This document shows positions 26,461-38,399 of a stretch of DNA of 64,000 nt, piece by piece. The DNA lies in the NCBI GenBank assembly GCA_002633005.1, contig NMRA01000066.1:717873-781872 (forward strand), given 5' to 3'. Both the position numbers and the translations under genes were made by a program. The notes below the pieces were generated by a model. The model ran no database searches. It was not told the DNA's origin and saw nothing but the letters and a program-made list of their open reading frames with translations. The stretch comes from Phoronis australis. Lineage: Eukaryota > Animalia > Phoronida. Positions within the stretch are counted from its first letter, which is position 1. Each line of letters opens with the position of its first letter.

Positions 26461-27916
26461 ATGTTATTGTGGCCAACAACTGATTTAATTAAGTCACTAG
26501 ATGGCGCTTGCTACAAATTTATATTTTCTCAGTTTTAGTGAGACAAATCATCTTTAAATTCAGTGTTCACAATATGTTACAACAAGTCATTACTCTAGCA
26601 AATAATGGGCCGATCTAATTATTTGTAAAGACTGTGGAAACCTGCAAAAAAGCTTCGACCACTTTAACACAGTTGTGTGGGCCAGATCAAACCAATTCAT
26701 TACAACTGATTTATTAATTACTAGACATTTCATAATCACTTAATACAGGGTTTACCTGACAATGTTAAAAATTGACATCATTGCACAGAAAAAAACTCAG
26801 CGAGTTTATTTTCTAATCGATGACGCCGTTAACGCGCAAATTGTTGAGTTCACACCAGAACAAAATACTCTTACTGCGACTTGAAATTAAATTTCAATTC
26901 CAATTTGTTTTCTGGCCTTGAAAGTGAAAAAAAAAACTATTACAATATATGCTGTCTGCATGAAAATGAACAATGAGCCACGCTGTTTGACCAAGGTAAG
27001 GTCCATGAGTTTAAATGAATTTCGCGAACCGTAAACTAACACTCATCGCATTGTCGTGTGACTCGTCACGTACATGTAGATCTAATAATGATTTTCATAT
27101 TATATATTAAAAACTCACAAACATTTGAATTTGTCATATATGAGCGCATTTTACAGTCATTTGTTAATCATATCCAAAACATCCCGTTTTCAAACAAAAT
27201 AAGAAATGTCATCAGATACGAAAGAACAAAAAGATAAATATTGCCCCAGGAGAGAATCGCACGTTTTGTCTGGTACACAGTGTTCATTTCCGAGTCGATA
27301 AATTGCCCTGACCCGACCTCGGAAGATCCTGGGTTCAATTTTTAAGTCGGCGAACCATTTTTTCTAGCTGTCAAATTAAACAATACTGCTGTACTTTCAT
27401 TCATTTTCTACCGAGTGATTTCAATTACACGCTGTTCCTTTGTGGGCTACCTTTATGTGATACGAATGTAGAAACACACCTGTACTTCATATCAAAACAG
27501 TGTTCTTCTCCATTGCCACTGTGAGTAGTAAACATGGAAATCGTAACCCGCGTTTGTCACCAAATTACGTCATTGAACGTCTTGATACCCTTCTTTTTGG
27601 CAACTGAATAGATTGAGAGCAGAAAGCAGTTGACCAGTATGATTTCGTTCCTGTGATAAGGTACACAAGCGATTAGCCTGTTTTTTGATATCGGCATTTA
27701 TATGAGAGGATCCCTTGCTTCACTTGCATGTTAGACACCAAATGACTTTTAAGTTCTCACCAGTTTAAATAACCACTTGGTTACATGCCTACTTAACCAA
27801 TGAAGAACCAGATACTAAAGTTGTTCACCAGACACCAATGTAATTAGAGGCTGGATGCGAGATAATTTAAAACCACATGTAAAATAATTTATTTTGCATA
27901 AACACAAGTTTTAGAG

Positions 27917-28055
27917 CATGGGCGGAGCAGCCCTGAAAAAAGTGGAGGCCATAGCCCCCAGCCCCCTGTGGTGCACCGCCCATAGACAATGAGCGGCGTG
28001 GCACTAAACAAAGTGGGGGGCTATAGCCCCCATCCCCCGTGATGCGCCGCCCATG
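27917..28055. mobile_element. Small hAT-like MITE
   Basis: Ends catgggcgg ... ccgcccatg, with internal (g)ggggctatagccccc motifs. TSD unclear. Confidence 0.55.
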
Positions 28056-29146
28056 TAGCACCGTGATGGTGATGCTGTTTTCACAAAGTAGTGTATAATC
28101 ACACTCTATTGTAGATTTGCATGCGTTTTGTATTCTTTCATGTAAACGCGTAACGAGAGTGAAGTACATGTACAAGAAGTAATATCCCACGAGACATTAA
28201 ATTACATGTACGCGTATCGACCTCGACCTTCGGTCTCTGTCGATAAGCGGAATAATGTCCAGTGGGATATTTCTTCATCTACGCCAATCGAGGTACGTTT
28301 CGTATTTATCCCACACGCATCAAATTCCTAAGTTTCTTTCATTTTTTCCACAATTTTTTTAAATACTTCACAAACTGTTCACGTGGCGGATCACATCCTA
28401 TATGTGTGTACTTGCGCGTTAGGCTGCACGTTTTCTTTAGTAAAAGAAACGGTAACGTTTTAAATGTGACAATTCATTACTTGAAAAGAGATATCAAAGA
28501 TGAAAGCAAGGGTTACATTTCATTGAACTTGTAAAATCTCCTGAAAATAGTTAAATAACAACAATATTTTGTTATTGCAGTTACCGAGGAATCGGCGCCT
28601 GAGTTGCAGACGATAAAATATTTAGCAATTGAAAACTGAGACAGATCTGTCATAGAATGAACATTCCTGTTACGATTAAGACCTGATTGTATGTTGAGCG
28701 TTATTTACAGTTGTACACTGCTATAATTTTATTACTTTAAACTATTTTCCGAAAGTTTGGTGATCGAACCGGCTAACGACGTCGAGACGACACAGACCTA
28801 CCTTTTGAACTTTCCATGTCACAGGTCACTGTTGAAGTAGTGCGGGAGGTGAATACGGAAGACTTTATTACATGGCCGTATTTCGTTCGACAGATTCAAC
28901 ACGTATGGGATAAAAACTAGGAATTACAAGACCCGTCATATGAATATGCTTGAAAACTAAACGACATATTTAATAATCAAAAATACAAGGGAACGTAGTT
29001 TGCGAAATAGCAAAGGGCATTCATGAATAAATGAATCCCAAATGAGTGAACGTCTGGTATAATGAAAGTTTCTCTATAGTGTACTGTCTCATGACCTGGA
29101 ATTGAAAGTAATTAAACTTTAGCATTCCGTCAATTGTAGCAAATAA

Positions 29147-30001
29147 TGAGATTCATGGAACTCTGACATAAATCCTATTATTTGGGCAAATACCATTAAA
29201 CAGCCCTTCATCCGTCATATCCAACTACTAGTTAGTTCTTACCAAGCCCGATGGTAGCGCTGCTTGTTCTTTCTCTCCAGCTTCCTGTTGGTACAGCCTC
29301 AAGCAACAGCACATTCACTCGTAAGTTTTCGTAATTAGACAATTTTGTACCTCTCCCACCCTCCCTACTCTGGGTCCCGCAAAATCTCAAGTCAATCGAT
29401 TTATACCTTTCCCACGCTCTCTCCCTTTTGTCGAACAAAATCTGCTGTTGGTTTTTGTTGTTTTTACAATCACTGCTGGTACCTCCTTCAAACCCGGAGT
29501 GTGTTACCGTCCAGCAAGAACCGACGTCATTGGCTAGCGACCCGACCTGTACTCGAGCGTCCGTCCCTGCAGCTTGCTTCTCTCCACCCCGGTCACAGCT
29601 CTCGGCACATACCGAGCCACAACACCACGTCCCTTAAAATATCTCTTTTTGTCACTCCGGCTTGTCTGCTCACTCAGCTTGTCCGGAACCTCAGGTGTAC
29701 CCACTTGGTACTGTATATGATATTTGCCCATTTGGCAGTTTGTACCCATAATTGAATTTGCCGTTTTGCTCGACCCACTTGGTAGGCAATCGGCCAAAAC
29801 CCATTTGGTATTATGTACCCATTTGGTACTATGCCAACCTGTGCCACTTAGTATCTGGGTATCGTAAATGTGTGTGTTATCTCTTGTAATTAAGGAACCC
29901 ATCTGGTTCCTTCCGTGAGATATTTACTTGTAGAGCTGTGACCCTGAAATTTCCAATACAGCTTAAAATATATATTATTCTTATTATTTTATTTGTCCCC
30001 A
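29147..30001. mobile_element. Solo LTR (855 bp), TG...CA, 4-bp TSD ATAA
   Basis: aATAA|tgagattc ... tgtcccca|ATAAttg. Removing it restores a sequence collinear with the uninterrupted repeat at 1791-1965. Confidence 0.8.
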
Positions 30002-33000
30002 ATAATTGTAAAGTGAACGAAGGACAGGTGTCAGTGCAGAACGTCTCTTGTTGTGCGCTGTCTAGTAATCTAAACTAGTCAGGAGCTTGATAGAAACAAA
30101 GCTGGTCTCACAAAGTGGGCATTTATTTTGTGCTTTAAAACATGAATGCTAATAATTCTACAGTTGGTGTACATTTTCCTCTCCAAGTCGAGTATCAGTT
30201 CATGGTTTACACCATCAAAGATCAGCTTTGAGTGATAAGAGGCAAATCTTCCAAAAATTAAAGTCGATTTTAAACTCCTATTCAACTTGCCGATGCAATG
30301 GTTAAAAAAGTCTGTCTAAGAAGGAAAATTATTCACAATACTGAGTGGATAAGGTAATCGAAACCCGCATTTGTCACCAGATTACACCTATGGAAAACTT
30401 TGTTTCCACCAGGAGGTGCTTCTTTTTGACAACTGAAATACATTGAAAGCGGAAAGCAGTTGACAAATATGAGGTCGTTCCTGTAATAAGGTACTGTAGG
30501 CATATGTAAATCAGACCCTGTTTTTAATAAATGCCATGACCGGTCGAGGCTGCACATTTCATTGGCTTTTTGAAAGACAACATTTGCGATGGTGTTAAGG
30601 AATGACGCAGATAAAAGTACGATTTCTATGTCTCTGGTGGCATTATTTTGGGTAAATCTAAGTATTTGCTGTCGCGACAGTTTTTATGACATTGTATTGA
30701 TGACCACGCTATAAACACGCCACATCAAATCTGCATGTCAAAACCGCTACCTACATGTACTCGCACATGTAGTATGGTATGAATGAAATTATTTACTAGC
30801 TGTAACTACAAGTCTGTAAAAAGGAAATTAGTGATTGGAAAAACAGAAAAGTTCTACGTCGTCAAAATCGATGGTAACCCCTCTCAAGCTCCTTTTCCCT
30901 AGCTTTACATAGTCGCAAATTCCAACATTCCGGTCGTTGGCGATTTACCCCGCGCCACGATAACCCAAGGCATTCTAACCCTGTAAATTAGTGGGAGTCA
31001 CCGTTTATCGTTTTTTTACGGTCATGCGGTGAGACCAGCTTAAAAATTAATTTTATTCCAAAACAGATTCCCCTTTAGTTATCAGTCACCTAAATTTGTA
31101 ATGTTCGAATTTCCCTGATACTCTCCACATATCCCCATGCATTCAAGCGAGGCACGTGATCACATTAGCATTACACGTGTCCCGCACCTACAGAAAGTTC
31201 CGTACACCTGGTAGAGCTCAGTGGCTCTCAGGCAGCTGGGAAAATCTAGCGAAAGTCACGTGTTCACATTTAAAACACATGTACGCGGTAATATCAGGCG
31301 TACTCTCACAAACTCTTGCTTTTTAGCGGGGTCCTAGCAAGGTCTTAGCGTTATTGAACTCTTCCCTGGCTGTTCCTTGACGCCACGTGCAATACGTTAT
31401 TCCACCAAACGACGGATGCGTTCGATGCAGTTGCTGCAACCTTTGCGTAACGTTTTCGCAGCCTTTCTCTCATCATTGTAAACGATTACTTCTATGGCAA
31501 ATTCATGCGTCTTTTATTAAACCTTCTTGTCCCAATATTTTGAGTGTCCGACCCGACAACATCCTTAAGTTTCGTCCCATACTCTTTTGTACAACCTCTC
31601 TCCATTTTGTACCGGCACATTTCTAGCACCAAACCTAATCCATCCTCGCTGTTGATCACCTTTGCTTCGAGATAAATGACTGTATAGCTCAGAATACATG
31701 TTACTAATTAACATTTTTGTGTTGGTTCACAGTTATTTGGTCTCGTGACTGTCATATGGATCCTCCACAATTGGAGATGCTCTTATGAAAACTTTCCCCT
31801 TGTTATTATTCGCATTTTAAAAATGTGATGCTGATATTGTATATCATTGTAAATGCTCCATGTAGTTGTTTGTATCATGCTGGTTTATGCATACACCTAG
31901 TGAGCTTGGTGTGATCCTGATCTTACAGTACTATACAAATCAGTCTCTTTTTATGCAGCGGCTGTTGTGTAACAACATTTGGTAGCTGTCATGTGTTCTA
32001 CTCCCATTTTCACTGAACCGTAAGGTCCGATATAGTAGTATGTATATCGATTGCTAAAAGTGATCTAGTAATTGATTATTAGTTATCTTATGTTTGAAAA
32101 CGTTTTTCTGTTATTGAACTTGACAAGATTCAGATGTACTCAATCCAGTTTAATGTCACTAGTATGAATGGGTGCTGTACGTTCACAAAGGGTGTGCAAT
32201 TGTTGTTACTGAAATGTTGAAAATGAATTGATGTTTCATTACTGTGTCCTTTATACAACGGTCGTCGCCGAAAACACCTTCAGAAATGTACTGTTAATAT
32301 AATGATAACAAACAGTACAAAAGAAAGCCGTAAGAATCTTTAAATTTACACTGGTTTCTTTTGTACTGTTTTTTCAATTTAAAAATTGAAATCTAAAGAA
32401 AGGCGCGAATCTATTGTCACAATGAAAATGCGTGCGTATTTTCACATAATTGCCTATATTGTATATCAGGTGTGCAAAAAGGTTAGCTACTTTTTAACAA
32501 GTAATTGACCAACAGAATTCGTTCAAATTTTTCAAAATGTATTTTCAGGGTGTCATCAACAAGTCTGGAGAGTGCTGTATCTCAGAGAATAATAAAAAGG
32601 TATGGAAGTACTGTGAAACTCAAAACAAATGAATTGGGTGAAAAATGCAATATCAGTGTCACTTTCATCGTGTTCATACTGGTTCCGACGGGTCAAGAAG
32701 TAAGGACATTTGGGGTAGCGTTCCGTAGACTGAGGCTCCTGCCAGAAAAGCAAGATGGAAAGAACTCGCAAAATCACGCGAGGGATAAGCAAGTGCTGTT
32801 CAAGGAAGTACTAATTTCCCACTGGCAGGCGACTGATGCAAGACTTAGCATCATTTTAATTTGAAAATGAAAGTCAAACACCAAGTTCAAGCAGAAAGCA
32901 AATGTTTTATTGCCATTTGATCATTAGACAGCTGGAACCTCGTTGGAAATCAATGATAACTACAGCTGCAGCACTGAACTTTGAACCATTTCCACCTGAA

Positions 33001-33759
33001 GACCGGTGGTTTTATCGGCTTGTTGTAGAGGCGGTGGCAGCGGACGCGAACTCGAACTGCCTTAGTCACCGTTCTGCATGTGCCGAATTTGTATCGGGTG
33101 CAATAGGCAAGGCAACGACGTCTGAAACATAAATTAAAGGCTCGGTAGGGCGATTCACAGACTAGGGAGCGTCACTCGAGTGTGGATGCTTGCTAGGAGA
33201 TCACGTGCTTCGCGTGTAATGAATGCCGTTTTCCCGCGAAGACTTGCCAATCAAAATACTAACCTTACTGAACGGACCCTAGACAACACTAAAATACAAA
33301 AAATCGAGGCACATCTCTGGAAACAACGTTTTCTAGTAATTATCTGTAACTATAGAGCTGGTTTTATCGTTTCATTACCGAGAAATGTGTAAAAAGTCAA
33401 ACCAAAAGATGAATATCAAATAGAAAATGGGTTGAACTGCAACGCTTTGACACCATACGTAATCAGATGATATCTTAAAACATAAGATTACGCAAAACAA
33501 CTAGCATAATTAATTCTGGTCAGCACGTTCCAACCATATTTCTCAAGGAAAAGTCAATTGATTGCTAGCTGAAAAGAATTTGGTTGATTCTTTTTTCAAT
33601 CCAGCGTCATCTGATAACAGCTGAAATCAGTCGAGCTTCTTTTTATCAAGTGTTACTGGGTTTTCGCTGTGTAACGCAAATTTCAAAATGAGTCGGACGC
33701 AGACCAAAACCTTCCATTTACTATATTTTTGACCGTATATGTACTAGTTGTTATTTTTC

Positions 33760-34155
33760 TTACCCCGTATATCGGCATCTGGTCGTCAGCAACACGTTTG
33801 GAGAAGAGATGTAGCATTGGCTGTAACCTGAAGAGGCTGAATAGGGGCCATTCCGAAATCGGCGTACCACTGTGAAGCAATTGTTGCAGAAATCATGTTT
33901 AAGTCGTCGAGGACCACGTTTACTCTCGTCAACCTCCTCTTCGGTGCCATCGTATTGGCCTTCATCGTTAGCCTTCTCCACTCCTTTCTCGACCTCCAGC
34001 GTTTCATCGTCATCCACAGGCTCGTCTACTCCTCTTTCAACCTCCAACATTTCTCTCTCATCGTCTGCTACTTGCGGTGCTTCCTCTGGTTGAATTTCCA
34101 TGTCGTCTGCGTGCACGTGAACTACCAGCAGCAGACCCACAGAGAGCAGCAGCCA
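33760..34155 (-). CDS. Exon 2 of a secreted prepropeptide (toxin/antimicrobial-peptide-like architecture)
   Basis: Phase-0 acceptor tactttacttccag|TGG. Reads WLLLSVGLLLVVHVHA, then an acidic pro-region ending DESKR, then GPRRLKHDFCNNCFTVVRRFRNGPYSASSGYSQCYISSPNVLLTTRCRYTG*. Confidence 0.9.
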   Translation of the reverse strand, partial: WLLLSVGLLLVVHVHADDMEIQPEEAPQVADDEREMLEVERGVDEPVDDDETLEVEKGVEKANDEGQYDGTEEEVDESKRGPRRLKHDFCNNCFTVVRRFRNGPYSASSGYSQCYISSPNVLLTTRCRYTG

Positions 34156-34670
34156 CTGGAAGTAAAGTACATCACGGTCAAAAACAACTTTGGAAAACCT
34201 CTGTTTTGGTTCATTTTTCTGGCGGTACACTCTTTAATCAGCCGAGTATGCTTCCTTGTTACAAAAAATGAATGCATCATAAATTATGTCAACGGGATTT
34301 ATTGCAGTTTGTGTTTTGCGATTTTGGCTTCACCTAATTACACATGTAGCACTGTTTCGATACAAGCCATTATAAAACCCCATATTTTCAAATGCATGCT
34401 ATGATTAGAAAAACTGATGCAAACTTTTTCAAAAGAAATTATTAAACATCAAACTGTGATTTGTCTGCTGTAAAACACTGTCTTAACCGTGGCGCCAAAA
34501 TAAATTCAACCGATGTACAAGAATGCAAAGCGACTGAGATTAAAATGTTAACCATTCATGCAACTAACGAAGTGTAATGCCGACCAAAAAGTCACATAAA
34601 TTTCTAGTTACTTGCAAAAACGTTACTTTGAGAAACAAAAAAAACCTACTTTTTGTGCTTTCGCACTTAC

Positions 34671-34682
34671 CATATGTTTCAT
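34671..34682 (-). CDS. Exon 1 coding part (MKHM) of the prepropeptide gene
   Basis: ttcgccATGAAACATATG|gtaagt gives a good Kozak context and consensus donor. The phase-0 join yields the 20-aa signal peptide MKHMWLLLSVGLLLVVHVHA and a 135-aa precursor. Confidence 0.85.
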
Positions 34683-34770
34683 GGCGAATTTGTGGAAAGA
34701 TGGAGCGTCAATTCGTAAACTGTTGTGTTGCTCTGAGTAGAAGATTTGGGCAAAGTGATAAAGTGTTGGT

Positions 34771-34779
34771 ATTTATATA
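34771..34779 (-). promoter_or_regulatory. TATA box of the prepropeptide gene
   Basis: TATATAAAT on minus, about 90 bp upstream of the ATG. Confidence 0.65.
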
Positions 34780-37700
34780 ATTTTCATGCGACATAAGCAT
34801 GACGTAAACAAATGACCCACATCTTTAAGGGCATCTCAAATCTGCCACAGCAATAAATTTACAGGCACAATAAATGTAATTTCACTCGACTGCCATTATA
34901 CATGTACTTTAACATGATGGATTTTTACTGTAAATTTTAACGCAAATAGAATTCCCATTGCCTTTAATCTTAATGCGTTCTTGACAACATGTGTAATTTA
35001 AATAGACAAGATCAGTTTTACGAACGAAAACCTGGAAATATTTGGGTTATTGTTGGACGGGAAAGACTTCATGAAATTATTGTTTTCTGACCAGAGCTAC
35101 AAAACAAAAAGCTTCGGTGTATTTTCGTGTTCGCCAATCCCACAGCTTTCTGCAAGACATTCGCTGAAGTCAAGGGCCCCAGTTAAATTAGCTTCCCATA
35201 CGGGAAACCTATCAGGAGATCTCATACAGTAGATGTCGGTAGATAAGCGTCTCCAAAGTTCTTTTTTTATAATAAAGATAAAAACAAGCATTAATGGTAA
35301 CCACCTGACGTACAAAATACAAGACACGAGAATAAAGTAATCTACCATTCATCACGTGATACTGGAATCCAACAGTGTTTAAGTACGCCCGCTGAGGGCC
35401 TGTATTCGATGTCACGTTTTGACTGGTCTCGTAAAATCACGTTTCTCATCGACATTGTCACTTTAACGTGCTAAAAAGTTTGTTCTTTTCATCATACTCA
35501 TTCAGGTGTAAAAATTGAACATTCATACATTGATCGTGTAGCATAAAAAATTTTGAGGTGCAATTTAAATCGTTAATGTGCTTTGCCTGGTAGCAACCGA
35601 TTTTTATGACTTTAATGTTAGCGTCCCCTGTCAGGTGAATGAAAAATGCCACAGAAAACTGTTATCCAAAAAATACTTGTTCATGTCGTTCGTACTTCAA
35701 TTTGAAAAGCAATCCACAAAATGAGCAAACAGGTAATTTAACAAATCTTGCATCTTAAAACATTTCTTTGTTCATACGGTTTTTTAATATTAATTTTATT
35801 TTTCATTTTAAAATTTATTTTATCTGTGAAATTGAAGTCTCCGTCTCAACGTGAACTGTGCTACATTACAGACAGGGATGAAAGTCCTCACTTCATGTGG
35901 TCATACCAATAATCAAAAAGCATCAAATACATTTTAATTTGTGCCCAATCGGAATATCTCGAATACTTCCGTAGCATCAACTCGGCGATGTCTCAGGGGT
36001 GTACCAGATGAGTCGAGTGTACTGCATCCTCTCAAAACCTGCAAATGTGCACGTATTTTGATTCAACGTCTCTGAGACGACGACTCTCCCTCATTACCAT
36101 GACAATTTAACTGGAAATTGTCACGTTTTCACGATTAGGAGGTCGACAAGAGGGTCGTCGGGATTTAAATGTTGCTTGATAGAAAATCTGGTGGAGAACG
36201 CGCGTTTAAAAAATGCTTAGTTCCCTATGTAACTAGACCCGGCTGTTAGTTTGATATTTTCCTGTTAGGCAGTAAAAATTATTATTTATTAACAAGGACA
36301 TAATAATCGGTTGTGTTTGCTTTCTGCGTGATAGCGTTAAAGTACATGAACACCAAAATTAGAAAAATGCTGTAGAAATCTTGAGAAATGATGTTAAAGA
36401 TATCAGTTTTAAATGTTCACGGTGATGCATTTCTTTTGATTGCAAACGATCTTAACGCTGTAACTGGTAACACTTTCCATTACATTCAAAACGACTCATC
36501 AGTTTTTACCCTTAGATGACTGGTGTGATTCAGATACAAGTAACTATAACTTGTCATCTGAAGGCGAAGTAAAGATAATGAATGATAAAAATTAGTTTAA
36601 AAATCACAGTCACAAATGTGTTGCGAGATCAACGTTTAGGTATGTAACAGTAGTGCTTCAGACGAAGCAGATGAGTTCTACTCTTCGTCTAATGATGCGT
36701 GAAGGTCGTGCTGTGGATTATCTTCTATCGTCATCTGATTCATTTGATTTTGTGTGAGACTTTAACGTGGAACGTGCAAGCTAATTTTCGCATTGCTGGG
36801 TAAAATAAGTTACTAGAAACAAAACACATAGCGACAATGTGAATATGAAGTAGGTTGAAAATTGCCAAAGGTTTTAAGAACGAGTTTTGTGTCGAAAATC
36901 ATCCGTTGTAAATCATTCAATCGTATTCAGTAAGTGTCGTGACGCGGTGTTGGGAAATAAAAGCACAGTGATGTGGGTTATGTAAGCCCCCAAGGTACAT
37001 GTACGTCATTAGTGCAAAGGTCACCTATTTGCAGATTTTTTGTTTTCACATTTACACGTTGTCAATGAAGAGAACTGCTCTTTGTGTAGGGTAGATGATA
37101 TTCAAACAGCAGTGTCGTTTATATAGTTCTTGTTATATACATGTATTAGCATAGTTGCAAATATGCATACATTTGGCAGTTTCGTAGTAAGATGATTATA
37201 TTGATAATAGGGCAAATTATGATACGCATGAATATGATTAGGCTATTAAATGCAAGGCTGAAAAGCGCGTTCAATACTTATCAACAAGTTAGGCGAATGA
37301 TAATATAATTTAACAAAAATGGATGGTTAGAATATTTTGAAAAAGAATGGCAAATCTTCACAACCATATTCTAGCACAATATTTAGTATACGATATACGC
37401 AGGTTTCGTGTGTGCGTGTGCGTGAAACGTATGAATATGTCTCAGTCAGCTCTAGATGTACTAGTTACGATCGGTGATACATGTACATTTATATAATGAC
37501 TTGTTTCCGTTGTGTAATCACTTACTGTGCTAGGACTTGTTTATAAACGCATGTATTTACGCATGCGTAGGGGAAAGTTGCATGCTATACATGCGGATTA
37601 TCCTCGTGCCTATGGCAACATTTCGTATAATGCTCTGTCAACTAATTTACAAAAACTGGAATTCAAGTATTGATGAAAAACATGAATTTGAGGAACAGAA

Positions 37701-38399
37701 AACGGGCATAACAACTCAAAATGGATTAAGAGACTTCTTCTGTAATAATGTTATACAGTGATGTGCACACAGCTCTGTTTTATTCAAAATGTGTGTGGAC
37801 GCGTTTGTTGATTACTTACATTTTTAAATATCTACTTTGATGTAAATGAGAACTTATTACCTGAAATGTTGCTCTTTGCCTGTGACATGGTTGAGTGGGT
37901 ATTTTAGCACCCAATTTAAAGCAACACATTAACATTTTGTTACCGTTACTTTCTTACAAGGCATCAAATAGATCATAAAAATACCACATCATGAGTCCTC
38001 CCTTCGCCGCCTATCTGCAACGTACTATTTTCAAGAGCTCCACCTTGAGGTAATCCCTACCGAGGAATATTGAACCCAGCAAAAATCGTCAGACACTTCT
38101 CGGGATATTTCTCATTTTCTATTGGATGGTTTGTAACGCACTAACGATTGCATACACATAACATCCTGATGAAGTTTACCGAAATTGTCGTTTTATATGA
38201 ATACTGTGCTGGTTGGCGTATGAAAGTTTATAAAGTTATTATTTTGTTTTTTTTTTTAATGACAAAATCAAAGTATTTAATATGCCACTACGTTAATCTG
38301 GACGCAAACAACAAAAAAATTGCCTCATCAAGCACAAAAATCTAGTTTTAAAATCAAATGAATTCGTTCAAAATGTGGCCGATTGTTATCGAAGATTGC

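Noticed and set aside
33895-34404. 169-aa hydrophobic plus-strand ORF
   Set aside because: Antisense shadow of the acidic prepropeptide exon.
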